64,000 nucleotides of DNA from an uncultured delta proteobacterium. GTDB lineage: Bacteria > Desulfobacterota > Binatia > UBA9968. The notes beneath the pieces were generated by a model. That model made no database searches, was not told the origin of the DNA, and worked only from the letters and a program-made list of their open reading frames with translations. Positions 1-10,388 of the stretch are shown here, one piece after another. The stretch covers positions 192,001-256,000 of the forward strand of contig CAVXEP010000013.1 in NCBI GenBank assembly GCA_963760795.1. The letters are read 5' to 3'. The position numbers and the translations under genes are program-made. How positions within the stretch are numbered: the stretch's first letter is position 1; every line of letters begins with the position of its first letter.

Positions 1-485
1 GACAGCGGCTCGTCGAACAGAAACAGCTTGGGCCGGCGCACGATCGCCCGCCCCAACGCCACGCGCTGGCGTTGACCGCCGCTCAACTGCTGCGGCTTGT
101 GGCCCAACAGCTTGTCGATCTCCAAGAGTTGGGCGGTATCCGCCACACGCGCTGCAATGTCATGGTTGGCGACGCCATGAAGGCGCAGAGAAAAGCCGAG
201 ATTCTCGGCCACGGTCATATGCGGATAGAGCGCGTAGTTTTGAAAGACAAAGGCGACGTCGCGATCACGCGGCGGCGTTCGTTCCACCGACTCGGCACCG
301 ATCCGAACCTTGCCGCCGGAAGCGTCCTCTAATCCCGCGACGATGCGCAAGAGCGTCGACTTGCCACAACCCGACGGGCCGAGCAGCACGCAAAATTCAC
401 CGTCGGCGACATCAAAGGAAATCTCGCCGAGCACGCGGGTGCGGCCGAACGACTTGGAAACGTTATCTAATGAAAGTGACGCCAT
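1..485 (-). CDS. Sugar ABC transporter ATP-binding subunit, MalK-like (runs off left edge)
   Basis: Manual translation from ATG 485: MASLSLDNVSKSFG...GPSGCGKSTLLR (Walker A), LSGGQRQR signature, LFLFDEPLS; follows two sugar permeases. Confidence 0.93.
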   Translation of the reverse strand, partial: MASLSLDNVSKSFGRTRVLGEISFDVADGEFCVLLGPSGCGKSTLLRIVAGLEDASGGKVRIGAESVERTPPRDRDVAFVFQNYALYPHMTVAENLGFSLRLHGVANHDIAARVADTAQLLEIDKLLGHKPQQLSGGQRQRVALGRAIVRRPKLFLFDEPL

Positions 486-492
486 ATTGCCA

Positions 493-614
493 TTTTGGAT
501 TTTCGTCTGCGCAGCTGCTTTTAGATTTTGGATTGTCGGAAACTACCGGTGCAGATTCCAAATCGATCTTGGCAGGTTTGCTCCCCTAGTCCAAAATCGA
601 AAATCCAAAATCCA
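493..614. repeat. Heptamer tandem repeats with inverted arms (TTTTGGA... / AAATCCA-AAATCGA)
   Basis: ttttgga-type units at 493-539 and aaatcga-aaatcca-aaatcca at 594-614; same family at 47484-47508 and 48525-48638. Confidence 0.8.
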
Positions 615-623
615 ATATTTTTC

Positions 624-1436
624 TTATCCTTTCACCGCACCCGCCGACAACCCCTGCACGATGCGCCGTTGAAAAATCACAGTCAGCGCAATCAAGGGCA
701 GTGTCGCGATGGTCGAAGCCGCGGCTATTTCGCCCCAGGGCATGGTGTATTCGCCAGGAAACATCGCGATGCCCACGGGCAGGGTTTGCACCGCCGGGTA
801 GGTCAGAATGATCAAGGCGAAGAAGAATTCATTCCAGGCGTGGATAAAAACCAATAACGCCGCGGTGAAGACCCCGGGCGCGGCCAGCGGAAACACGACT
901 AGGCGCAGCGCCTGCCAGCGGCTGCAGCCATCGATCAGCGCCGCCTCTTCGATGTCGTAGGGCAGTTCTTTGAAGAACGTGGTCAGCACCCAAGTGGCAA
1001 ACGGCAGCGAAAATGCGATGTAGGCCGCAATGATGCCGTGATAACTATTGAGCCAGCCCAGCCCGCTCAGTAAACGCCACACCGGCCCGGCGATGGCGAT
1101 CTGCGGAAACATCGACAGCGCCAGCAACAACAGCAAGTAATAGTTCGCCCAACGCAGTTTGAAGCGCGCTAACGCATAGGCAGCTAACGACGCAATCACG
1201 ATGCTGACCACGGTGGTGGCGCCGGCAACGATGGCGCTGTTGGCGATGTAACGCAGCAGCCCATGTTGCCACAGCGCGGCTTGGTAATGCTCCCAGTGAA
1301 AGCTCGGCCAGAGCACCGGCGGGATCGCGCTGATCTCGATGGCGCTCTTCCACGACGTCGTCACGAACCAGAGAAAAGGCAGCAAGCTGACGCCGGCGAT
1401 GAGCAGCACGGCGGCGGGAAAAATAAGTCTTTTCAT
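624..1436 (-). CDS. Carbohydrate ABC transporter permease (MalG-like)
   Basis: 270 aa, multiple TM segments, EAA motif EEAALIDGCS, WNEFFFALI. Confidence 0.93.
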   Translation of the reverse strand: MKRLIFPAAVLLIAGVSLLPFLWFVTTSWKSAIEISAIPPVLWPSFHWEHYQAALWQHGLLRYIANSAIVAGATTVVSIVIASLAAYALARFKLRWANYYLLLLLALSMFPQIAIAGPVWRLLSGLGWLNSYHGIIAAYIAFSLPFATWVLTTFFKELPYDIEEAALIDGCSRWQALRLVVFPLAAPGVFTAALLVFIHAWNEFFFALIILTYPAVQTLPVGIAMFPGEYTMPWGEIAAASTIATLPLIALTVIFQRRIVQGLSAGAVKG

Positions 1437-2323
1437 GCGGGCTCTTCCCTGGCCAACAGGCGCGCGCCGAGCAGGCGAATGTAAAACACCGACAAGATCA
1501 GCGACAGCAGGAATACCGCCACGGCGATGGTCGAGCCGTAACCGATCATGCCTTCAGCGAAGCTTTTCTTGTAGCCGTAGAATTGCAGCACGTTGGTCGT
1601 ATCCGCGGGGCCGCCTTGGGTCATGACGAAGACCAGATCGAAGACTTTGAGTGCGTCGATGGTGCGAAAGAGCAAAGCCAAAAGCAGCGCCGGCTTGAGC
1701 AATGGCAATGTGATATGGCGAAACTTTTGCCACGCGCCGGCGCCGTCGATACTTGCGGCTTCGTAAAGTTCGCGGGGAATGCCTTGCAGCCCGGCGAGAA
1801 CGATCAGCGCGGCGAACGAGCTGGTCTTCCAAACATCCGCCACCATGATCGACATCAACGCCAAGCCGGGCTCCGCCAGCGGCGCCCAATAACGATCGGT
1901 GGCGTCGCCGAACAAGACAAAATTGAATAGGCCATAGCGATCGTTAAAGATAAAGCGCCACATTTGCGACGCCACCACGGTGGGGATCGCCCAGGGCACC
2001 AGCACGACGGCGCGCAACCAGCCGCGGCCGCCAAACGATTCGTTCAGCACCAGAGCCATGCCGAGGCCAAGCAAGACCTCGATGGGGGTGGTGATCGCGA
2101 CGAACGTCATCGAGGTCAGCAACGATTGAAGCGCCACCGGGTCGCTGAAAAGATCTTGATAATTGTCCCAACCGACGAACTTCTGGCCCAGCCAAGGCAA
2201 GGTCAGGATCATCCGGTAAAAGCTCAAGCGTATGGACTCGAGTATCGGATAAAGCGAAAACAGCACGACAAATAAGAAACTCGGCGCGAGAAATCGCCAG
2301 ACGGGATCTTTGGCGCTTTTCAC
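1433..2323 (-). CDS. Carbohydrate ABC transporter permease (MalF-like)
   Basis: 296 aa, LYEAASIDGAG EAA loop, MTQGGP motif; 4-nt overlaps with both neighbours. Confidence 0.93.
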   Translation of the reverse strand: MKSAKDPVWRFLAPSFLFVVLFSLYPILESIRLSFYRMILTLPWLGQKFVGWDNYQDLFSDPVALQSLLTSMTFVAITTPIEVLLGLGMALVLNESFGGRGWLRAVVLVPWAIPTVVASQMWRFIFNDRYGLFNFVLFGDATDRYWAPLAEPGLALMSIMVADVWKTSSFAALIVLAGLQGIPRELYEAASIDGAGAWQKFRHITLPLLKPALLLALLFRTIDALKVFDLVFVMTQGGPADTTNVLQFYGYKKSFAEGMIGYGSTIAVAVFLLSLILSVFYIRLLGARLLAREEPA

Positions 2324-3588
2324 GGGCGCGGCCTTTCGCGGAGCAGATCCAAAACGCGATCCATGTCGCGCGCGGCCAAACGGGCGAGTTGATCGATATT
2401 GGAATCAGGAATGGCGATCGCCGAGCTGAAATAGCGCTGCATGATATTGGAAAGCGGCAGGTAGACCGGCGTGCGCGGTCGCGGCTCGGCGAGCACGAAG
2501 GTGTCGTAGCGCGCGCTAAAATGCGGATGCTTAGCCAGGATTTCGGCGTCGCGATACAGATCCGCCCGCGCCGGTCCGCGGCCCGTCGCCAGGGCGATCT
2601 GTTTTTGCGCCTCGCGGCTGGTCATATGCTCGACGAATTGCCAGGCTAAAGGCGGATGGCGCGAGAAGCGGCTGATGCCCAGCTGCCAGCCGCCCAGGGT
2701 CGCGACACTCTTGTGGCCGGGAAACGACGGCAACGGTATCACTCCGACATGGCCGGCGACTTTCGATCTTTGCGGATCGTTGGCGACCTCCCAGGCATAG
2801 GGCCAGTTGCGGTGAAACAGCGCCTTTCCCTGGGTGAACAGTGCCAGCGATTCGGGCTCCTGATACGCCAGCACGCCGCGATGGGAAATCGTCCGAATTA
2901 TTTGATCGCGCACGAAGCGCACCGCCTCCGTGGCTCGGCTGCTTGCGAGTGTGCTTTTAAGCGTTTGCTCGTCCCAGAATGCCGCGCCGTTGCTCATGAT
3001 GAATTCCATCAGGTTGCAGACCAGCCCCTCGTATTGTTTGAACTGCGCCGAATAACCGGTCAGATAGGCATCGCGCTCTTGCGCCAGGATTAGCTTGGCC
3101 TGGTCGACCAGCTCAGGCCAAGTGCGTGGCGGCGCAAGGCGGTACTTCGCGAGCAGGTCTTTGCGAAAATAGAGCATGCCGGCGTCAACGAACAGCGGCA
3201 CGCCGTAGATCCGGCCCTGATAACGGTTGGCTGCGATCGGCGCGGTGAGAAATTCTTTTTGCTGCGCGGCGGAAAAGAATCCATCCAACGGCAACGCCCA
3301 ACCGGCCGCGCCGAACTCACCGGGCCAGATGACGTCCATGAAAAACACGTCCATCTCCGGGTCGCGGTTGCGCAGTTTTTGCGTCACCAGATCGTGGAAT
3401 TCGGTGGAAGAATGGGGGCCGACTTCGCGGACGACCTTGACCCCCGGATGGCGGGCTTCGAAACCGGCGATGAGCTCTTGCCAAACCGCTGCCGCCTCGG
3501 GCCGCCAGGTCACGAATCGCAATTGAGTTTGGCCCACCGCCTCGGGGAGGATCAAAAAGAACCAGAGGATGACCGGTAATATTTTCAT
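2320..3588 (-). CDS. Sugar ABC transporter substrate-binding protein (trehalose/maltose-binding type)
   Basis: Signal peptide MKILPVILWFFLIL; DVFFMDVIWP, QYEGLVCN, RNWPYAW, TLGGWQLG, PRPRTPVY motifs; start chosen at ATG 3588 within ORF 2320..3663. Confidence 0.85.
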   Translation of the reverse strand: MKILPVILWFFLILPEAVGQTQLRFVTWRPEAAAVWQELIAGFEARHPGVKVVREVGPHSSTEFHDLVTQKLRNRDPEMDVFFMDVIWPGEFGAAGWALPLDGFFSAAQQKEFLTAPIAANRYQGRIYGVPLFVDAGMLYFRKDLLAKYRLAPPRTWPELVDQAKLILAQERDAYLTGYSAQFKQYEGLVCNLMEFIMSNGAAFWDEQTLKSTLASSRATEAVRFVRDQIIRTISHRGVLAYQEPESLALFTQGKALFHRNWPYAWEVANDPQRSKVAGHVGVIPLPSFPGHKSVATLGGWQLGISRFSRHPPLAWQFVEHMTSREAQKQIALATGRGPARADLYRDAEILAKHPHFSARYDTFVLAEPRPRTPVYLPLSNIMQRYFSSAIAIPDSNIDQLARLAARDMDRVLDLLRERPRP

Positions 3589-4254
3589 ACGAAAACTTGG
3601 CCGACAAATCCATCGCCTCATGGCCACTTTGAGTTCAACTGGTTTTCGACGACGTCGAGCCAACCAGCGGGACCGATGCCGCGCCGACGAGTACGATTAA
3701 CCAGGGGTGCCTTCTTGTTGATGGTGTTTTGATCATTTTATCCTAGCACAGTCACCGAGATTCCTCTGATCAAAAACCTAGCCTTGGCCGGTTAAATCCC
3801 CAGCCGGGTTTCATTCGATCGAACCAGACGCCGTTTGCCAACTCAACGACTGGCGGTCAGGGAAGCAGTATCAATCGCCCAAGTAAATTCCGAACGCAAT
3901 GGACAAGTAATTTCGAGCGCTTTGATCTTGGCCCGAAAGCCCGCGCGCCGGTAACCTAGCGATAAAACGTGGCCGATTATCGCCGTGGACATTTACTGAC
4001 GAATCACGGGTGAACCGCTGTCAGCGAATCCATGACGGGTTGGGTGCCTTACAACGATCCCGTTGGTCTAGCCGCATAGATATTCCGATCCCTTAACCAA
4101 GCAAGGTTCTCTTCGCGCTCGCGCTTAAATCTTTCAAGAGTCTTACCGCTGAGGTGTTCGCTGCGTGGAATCTTGGCAGCCCGCGCGATCCACCATTTCC
4201 ATTGCAGATCGCGCTGTCGGGATTGGCAGCCGACAGAGGAAAACTTATCGTTCG

Positions 4255-7200
4255 CTAATATCGTTTATGCCAAATCAGTTCGACTCCGCTCGCACCCGTG
4301 GTGCTCGTCGACGAACCGATCTTCCACTCGGGCGCTAGTTGAACCTCCACCGAGGCCTGTTGACCGTGCTCGCCGGCCAACTCCTGATTGACCGTAACGT
4401 AGGTGCGGCGGCCGAGATAACGGCCCACGCCGACGCGGCCGCCGTCAAAATTAACGTCGCCAACGCCCAAGCTTTCCAGACCGATGGCGTCCGCGATGGC
4501 GGCACCGATGTTCGCCGCGGCGAAACCGGTGGTCACATCCAGGGCACTTTGCTTGAGCGAAACTTGCTCGCTGCTGTTAAGATCCTTGGTCGGTTTGCCG
4601 AATACCAAGAGCGCGAGGATATCCGACTGATCCAGGATCGGATCGCTGCGCAGCACCAGCGAGGGTTTTTCAACCGTGCCGCCGACTAGCGCCTCGACCG
4701 TGTATTGCGGCAAACGGTGCTGTGCCAGGATGTCCAGAGCCGGGTCGATCTTGCCGCCGCCAATGAATTGGATATCGCCGCGAACGATATCGAAACGCCG
4801 GCCTTGAAAGGTGGCCCAGCCACGAATGATTTCACTGTTGCCGACGAGTTGCAGAGCCTGGCCGGGCTTTTTCGTCGCGTGAATATTACCTCGAAGCTCC
4901 GCCGATGCGTCGGCATGCCTGACGCGGACGTTACTCGGCATGCGTAGCGTCAGATCCAACGTGAGCGCTTTGAATAGCTCGCTTTCGTCCAGTCCATTAT
5001 TTGAGCCTGTTTTCACCGGCGCGACCCGCTCGCTACCGTCCCGGTTCACCACCACGATCGTCTCGTCGCGTTTAACCGCGGTAGAGCTTTGCTCCAGGAA
5101 AGCGAGATCCGGCCGCAAATCGGCCTCCGTGACGTCGACCTTACCCGTGATCCTTGGCGCCGCCGGTGAGCCGTCGATTTCAACGGCGCCGCCAATCTGC
5201 GCGCGATAGCGCCGGGTATCGATCGCCGGCCAGCGGCGCGCCGCCAGGGACAGTTTGAAATTATCGATTTGATAGTTCTGCAACGTCAGCAGGCCGCTGC
5301 CGCTGAAGGTTCCGTCGTTGGCGCGCGCCGACAGCTTTTGAATGCGGATCACGCGCGCATCGAAGCTGCCCTCGGCGGTAACCGAATCAACCGGCACATT
5401 GAGCAGAGTTGCCCTGAGCTTGCCATCGCTCAGACGAAACGAGCCGCTTAGCGCTGGTGCCGCCGGCCGGCCGCGCGCGGTTAATTCGAGACTGAGCTCG
5501 CCACCCAGGCCGGTGACAGTCTTTGCCGTGTAGGCGTTGAGAAACGCCAAGCTCAGACCGGCGGATTGGACGCGCGCGTCCATGTCACCGGTGATGTCCG
5601 AACGCCATCCGTCCTGCCAACTCAACAACAAAGGTAGCCGGCCGGTGGCCGTGAGCGTGTGCGTAGCATCTTGGCGCACCGTGAGATTTAGATTTGCTTG
5701 TCGTTCTCGATAACTGAGATCGGCGACCAGGCCGGCATAGCTTTGCCCGCCGATTTTCGCATCGGTCAAGTTAATCGTTCCAGTGATCTCCGGCGCCGCC
5801 GCCGTGCCGCTGACCTGGGCGCGTAGCGCCAATAGCCCATTCATCGGCGGTTGCTTGGAAAAGAACGTCGCCAGCCCTTCAAGCGGAAAGCTATCGACGG
5901 TCAGGTTCAACCGCTGAGTCCCGGTCATGGCGAGTTGGCCGTCCAGCGCCGCGGCTTTGGCACCGTTGCGCAAGGTGAGGTTTTGAATATTGAAAGTTTC
6001 GCCGCGTTTGCTGAGCGTCGCCGGCGCTGCCAGCTTCCACATGCCGTCCGGCAAGCTGAAACTGGCCTGGCTCAATGTCGCGACGATATCGGCTTGGCTG
6101 TAATCGACAGCGCTCTGAAGCGTATGAATCCGCCCCGACCCATCCTGTGCCTTAACATCGAAACGGGCTGAGCGTGATGCCGTTCCGAGCTTCGCCGTAG
6201 CGTCGAGCTTTTGTAACTCGACGCCGGCTTGCACCCCCGACAAGCGCGCCGCTATATCGCCGCCGGGAATCGGCTGTTGCGCTGTCCGTGCGAGATTGAA
6301 ATCAATAGCACCGCTCTTTACCGCCAAGTTGTCGTAGCTTAGGTTCGCCACTTTCAGCGCGCCGCGGGATTTCAAATCGGTAAGATTGCCTTGCGCGCTA
6401 CCCGCAAGCGTGAGCGAGCCGCTCCCCGACTTACCGGCAAGCGCGAGCCAAGGCGAGATATTCTCGCTGCGAAGCTCGTAATCGAGCTTTCCTTGCTGCG
6501 CGAGATCCACGCCGATATCGCCTTTTACCGCAAGCGATGAATCGGCCGTGCTGAGCGATCCGCGGGCGATGCGAATTCTGCCACCGGAGAGAGCCGCAAC
6601 CAGCTCACCCTTGCTTAAGTTCACCGAGCCGATGGACGACGGCAGAATTTCCAGATTGGTCTGGCCGCTCAGCTGCGCAAGCGTCAGGCCGGAACCCTTG
6701 ACGGCTCCTTTTAAATTGACCACACCGCCGAGAGATTTTCCTTCCGCGGAAACTTTCGCGATGTCGAGATTTTTAACCGCGAAGTCGAATTCGTAACGCG
6801 GCACTTGGGTTAACGTGACGTTGCCGCGCCATTCGGCGCCGCCGAGCGCGCCTGTGAGATCGCCGCTCAAGAGCGCGGTGCTTTCGTGCAGTTTAGTTTG
6901 CACGCGCAGATCGCCCAACTTCCAACCCTTTACTTCCGCCGCGCGAATATTGAAGTTGCCGGCGCCCGCTAGTTGAGCGAGGTCAACTCCCACTCCCGTA
7001 ACTTCGGCGCTGCCGTCGAGAACTCCGGCGACCCCTTGGTCCGGCGCCAGCCAGGTTCGCGCATCGACACCCGCGAGTTTGATCTTTCCCCGAAAGCGCG
7101 GCGCCGGCGCGGCGGCGTCGATGATAAAATTGCCCGTCGCCTTAGCCCCCGCCAAGCCAATATCCAAGGCAATCGTCAGCGCTTCCAGCTGACCGTTTAC

Positions 7201-8040
7201 GGCGATGGTGCCGGCAAGGCTCTGTTTGACCGGCCAGTCCGGAACCAAGCGGACAAGATCCGCCGCACCGAGCTTGTCGATGGCTAGCTTGGCGGCGATT
7301 TTCGGTTTGGCGAAATCAGCCACGTCGCCGCTTAGTTTCAAACGTGACGCCGCCGATTCAAGCACCAGACTATGAACTTTCACAATCGGCGTCGAGCCGG
7401 CGTCGAGGTATGCGAGCGAACCCTTCAGACCCAACTCCGGTAATGTCTTCGACTGCAAGCGAGCGCTAATTTCCCCTGCGTCAAAAACAACGCCCTTGGG
7501 ATCAGCGGTCAGCCGTCCATCCAGCAAGACGTTGCGCAAGCGATATTCCTTCGGCTCGGTTCCCAATATGCGCAGATCGAGATCGCCCTGGCGCAGCGCC
7601 AAAGACTTGAGCACCACGGCGAATTGCGACTCGCTAGTGTCATCCGAAGACAGCGCTTCGGCGATATTCCATCGCCCCTGTTCGTCGCGCACGATCTGTA
7701 CCGCTGGCTCCGCCGCCTCAGCGCGGTCGATTTGCAATCGGCCGAATAGCAACGGCAACAACGCATAGGAGAGTTTGAGTCGCGCAATCCGCACGATGTC
7801 GGAGTTCTGATATCGCAGTCGGACATCGTGCAGTGTCAGATCGCCCCAAACCGATCCTTCGATCCGTTCCAGCGTGACGGCGCCGCGAATAGAGCTATTG
7901 ATCGCCGCGACGAGCTGCTCGCGAACCAAGCGGCGAAACCCCTCCGTGTTCGAGTAGACGCCGAGACCGATGGCGATCAGCAAAAGCACCAGCCCAATCC
8001 CAAGAGCGATCCAGCGCAAATAACGAAACATCATCTTCAT
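4255..8040 (-). CDS. tamB: TamB / AsmA-like translocation and assembly module protein
   Basis: About 1260 aa, N-terminal TM anchor, glycine-rich beta repeats, DUF490-like C terminus (DILALLVFGK...VGVGRYL); directly downstream of an Omp85 gene; start at ATG 8040. Confidence 0.85.
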   Translation of the reverse strand: MKMMFRYLRWIALGIGLVLLLIAIGLGVYSNTEGFRRLVREQLVAAINSSIRGAVTLERIEGSVWGDLTLHDVRLRYQNSDIVRIARLKLSYALLPLLFGRLQIDRAEAAEPAVQIVRDEQGRWNIAEALSSDDTSESQFAVVLKSLALRQGDLDLRILGTEPKEYRLRNVLLDGRLTADPKGVVFDAGEISARLQSKTLPELGLKGSLAYLDAGSTPIVKVHSLVLESAASRLKLSGDVADFAKPKIAAKLAIDKLGAADLVRLVPDWPVKQSLAGTIAVNGQLEALTIALDIGLAGAKATGNFIIDAAAPAPRFRGKIKLAGVDARTWLAPDQGVAGVLDGSAEVTGVGVDLAQLAGAGNFNIRAAEVKGWKLGDLRVQTKLHESTALLSGDLTGALGGAEWRGNVTLTQVPRYEFDFAVKNLDIAKVSAEGKSLGGVVNLKGAVKGSGLTLAQLSGQTNLEILPSSIGSVNLSKGELVAALSGGRIRIARGSLSTADSSLAVKGDIGVDLAQQGKLDYELRSENISPWLALAGKSGSGSLTLAGSAQGNLTDLKSRGALKVANLSYDNLAVKSGAIDFNLARTAQQPIPGGDIAARLSGVQAGVELQKLDATAKLGTASRSARFDVKAQDGSGRIHTLQSAVDYSQADIVATLSQASFSLPDGMWKLAAPATLSKRGETFNIQNLTLRNGAKAAALDGQLAMTGTQRLNLTVDSFPLEGLATFFSKQPPMNGLLALRAQVSGTAAAPEITGTINLTDAKIGGQSYAGLVADLSYRERQANLNLTVRQDATHTLTATGRLPLLLSWQDGWRSDITGDMDARVQSAGLSLAFLNAYTAKTVTGLGGELSLELTARGRPAAPALSGSFRLSDGKLRATLLNVPVDSVTAEGSFDARVIRIQKLSARANDGTFSGSGLLTLQNYQIDNFKLSLAARRWPAIDTRRYRAQIGGAVEIDGSPAAPRITGKVDVTEADLRPDLAFLEQSSTAVKRDETIVVVNRDGSERVAPVKTGSNNGLDESELFKALTLDLTLRMPSNVRVRHADASAELRGNIHATKKPGQALQLVGNSEIIRGWATFQGRRFDIVRGDIQFIGGGKIDPALDILAQHRLPQYTVEALVGGTVEKPSLVLRSDPILDQSDILALLVFGKPTKDLNSSEQVSLKQSALDVTTGFAAANIGAAIADAIGLESLGVGDVNFDGGRVGVGRYLGRRTYVTVNQELAGEHGQQASVEVQLAPEWKIGSSTSTTGASGVELIWHKRY

Positions 8041-8042
8041 CC

Positions 8043-9884
8043 TTAAAAGAACGCGCCGATGCTGAAATGAATTTGCCAAGCCTGGTCCTTGGGCGGTTTT
8101 TGAAAAGGGAAACCGATATCGAGACGCACCGGCCCCACCGGCGTGGTGTAGCTCAAGCCAAAACCCGCTGCGAACTTCAGATTGGCGATCGGTACATCGA
8201 AGGGCTGTGGCGCTACTTGGCCAAAATCGACGAACAGGGCGCCGCCGAGCTCGCGCCAAATGGGCCGGCGCACTTCTATAGAACCTTCAAGCAAAGTCAA
8301 GCCGCCCAACGGATCGTTGCTTTCGCTGATCGGCCCGAGGCGGCGCCGGCCGTAGCCTCGAACACTTTTCTCGCCGCCGGCATAGAATCGCTCGAACAGG
8401 GGATAACCGTCCTGGGCGCCGATCGCGTCGCCCAAGCCCAATTTCAATCGGCCGGCTAGAATGGTTTCCCAGCCGATCTCGTAATATTTTTTCGCCTCGC
8501 CCGTGATCTTGAAAAATTTATAAGCTCCGCCCCAGATCACACCGGCCTGTTCTAATGTCAACGACAGGATTTCGCCCTTCTTCGGATAAAATGGGTTGTC
8601 GGTGGTGTTCCAGACCAAACCCATGGCCGGTCCCGATACCAGGCCCTCTCGTTTAATATCACCCAGCGCCCGCTCCGTCGCTGCCGCGATATCTTTTAAC
8701 TTATCGTATTCCAACCGGTAGCCGATAAAGCCGCTCAGGGCTGGGGTGAAGTGGTGATCGACGCGCGGCATAAAGCGCGTCATATTGCGCAAGTAGGTTT
8801 CTTCTTCTTCTTGGTCTAGTTTAAAACTCAGCACACCCTTGGTTCGCGGCGTGAAGAAATGCGGCTGCACCAAATCCGCCGCGGCCCCCATGGTGATCGA
8901 AGAGTACTTGGCCTGGAGCGATAACTGCCGCCCGCCGCCCAACCAATTAAGATGACGCCACTGCGCCTGGGCGCGAAACTCCTCTTCGGTGCTATAACCT
9001 ACCGCCATGCGAACTTCCCGATAGGGCTTTTCACTTACTTCCACCTCCATCGGCACCACTGCCGGTTGCCCGGCGGTTTGCTTCGGACCGATGCGCACAC
9101 TGCTGAAGAGCTCGAGGGCAAGCAGCTTGGCCCGCGTCTCGGCGACCTTTTCGGAAGAAAATTTCTCGCCAGCTCCGTAGGTGAGCTCGCGCTGAATCAA
9201 ACTTGGATTGACACTGTCAGCGCCGAGAATATCGGTTGCGCCGAAAATCGTCGGCGGCCCAGGCTTGATCGTATAGCCGATATCGACCTCGCGCTCATCG
9301 ATGCGGATTTCGGCTTTGCGCGAACTTTCAACATGGGCGAACCCTTGGCGCGAAAACAGGCTGCGCAGTGCTAGTTCCGCCCCTTGGTACGCGGCTTCTG
9401 CAAACACCTCGCCACGCTTGACCGGCAAGGAGTCCGGCAAGGGCGGTCTCTCGGCTGGCGGCAGGTCGCTGATCACCGCTACATCGATCTGGGAGATGAC
9501 GACGGGTAAGGTTTCCTTGATGCGAATCTCTACGGTGACGCGAGTCGTGTCTTCGTCGACTAAAAGATCATGCTCGATAACCGTGTCGTAATAACCACGC
9601 GCCTCGTAATAACGCCGTAGCCGCTCAAGATCGTGTTCGAAAGTTGCCGGTTCGAAGGAGGGACGCTCACCCCAGAATCGGTACCAAGGCCGTTCCTTGG
9701 TCAAGATTTCGTCGCGCATTTCACCCTCTGTGAAAAGCTTCAAGCCCGACAGATTGATTTTTTCGACGCGCCAATCTTTGGACACGTCGAGAGCATCGAC
9801 CGTAACCGAATAAGCCGGATTCGCGTAGATCAGACCGCCTGCTATAAGAAATACGATTGCAGAAAATGTTTTCACGCCTATCAT
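8043..9884 (-). CDS. tamA: Omp85/BamA-TamA family outer membrane protein
   Basis: 613 aa, POTRA-like N region, FYAGGEKSVRGY motif, TPVGPVRLD, C-terminal IHFSIGAFF. Confidence 0.85.
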   Translation of the reverse strand: MIGVKTFSAIVFLIAGGLIYANPAYSVTVDALDVSKDWRVEKINLSGLKLFTEGEMRDEILTKERPWYRFWGERPSFEPATFEHDLERLRRYYEARGYYDTVIEHDLLVDEDTTRVTVEIRIKETLPVVISQIDVAVISDLPPAERPPLPDSLPVKRGEVFAEAAYQGAELALRSLFSRQGFAHVESSRKAEIRIDEREVDIGYTIKPGPPTIFGATDILGADSVNPSLIQRELTYGAGEKFSSEKVAETRAKLLALELFSSVRIGPKQTAGQPAVVPMEVEVSEKPYREVRMAVGYSTEEEFRAQAQWRHLNWLGGGRQLSLQAKYSSITMGAAADLVQPHFFTPRTKGVLSFKLDQEEEETYLRNMTRFMPRVDHHFTPALSGFIGYRLEYDKLKDIAAATERALGDIKREGLVSGPAMGLVWNTTDNPFYPKKGEILSLTLEQAGVIWGGAYKFFKITGEAKKYYEIGWETILAGRLKLGLGDAIGAQDGYPLFERFYAGGEKSVRGYGRRRLGPISESNDPLGGLTLLEGSIEVRRPIWRELGGALFVDFGQVAPQPFDVPIANLKFAAGFGLSYTTPVGPVRLDIGFPFQKPPKDQAWQIHFSIGAFF

Positions 9885-10388
9885 GCGGCATCTCGAAATT
9901 GGGACAAATTGAAGGCATCGCTAACCACGCAACAACTTGAGAATGTTATCTTAACAAGCGCGCCAGGTAATTCCAGTTAGAACTCATCGCGAGCAAAAAT
10001 AACGGGCGCCCGGGAAATTCTCGGGTAAGAGTTCCGAGGCAAGGGTTATTGGGGATTCTTGCCGGCTAATTCGACGCGCCCGACAAAATGCTCATATAAC
10101 CATTCGTAAGCGCTCAAATAGGAGCATTCACGCATGACACCTAAACTCTTACGGTCGATTTTCGAAATGTGCGTCTCGTTATCGCCCGTCACGGTTCACA
10201 TCGATAGTGCTCCGCCTATCTGAAAAATTGGCGGCTCCTAGCGATTTCTACGTTCAAACCGGATAAGCCTATATTAGCAGCTGGGCACGGAGCTTGTATT
10301 TGAGTGAGGCATACAGCGCCTCGGCGGAAAGGCTATAGAGAGTCTCCATGACCAAACCGTGAAATAACCAGTATGGAGTGGCCCACGA

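Noticed and set aside
3589-4254. Long intergenic region as an ncRNA or riboswitch
   Set aside because: No recognisable RNA motif, strong hairpin series or credible ORF by eye; an Rfam scan would be needed
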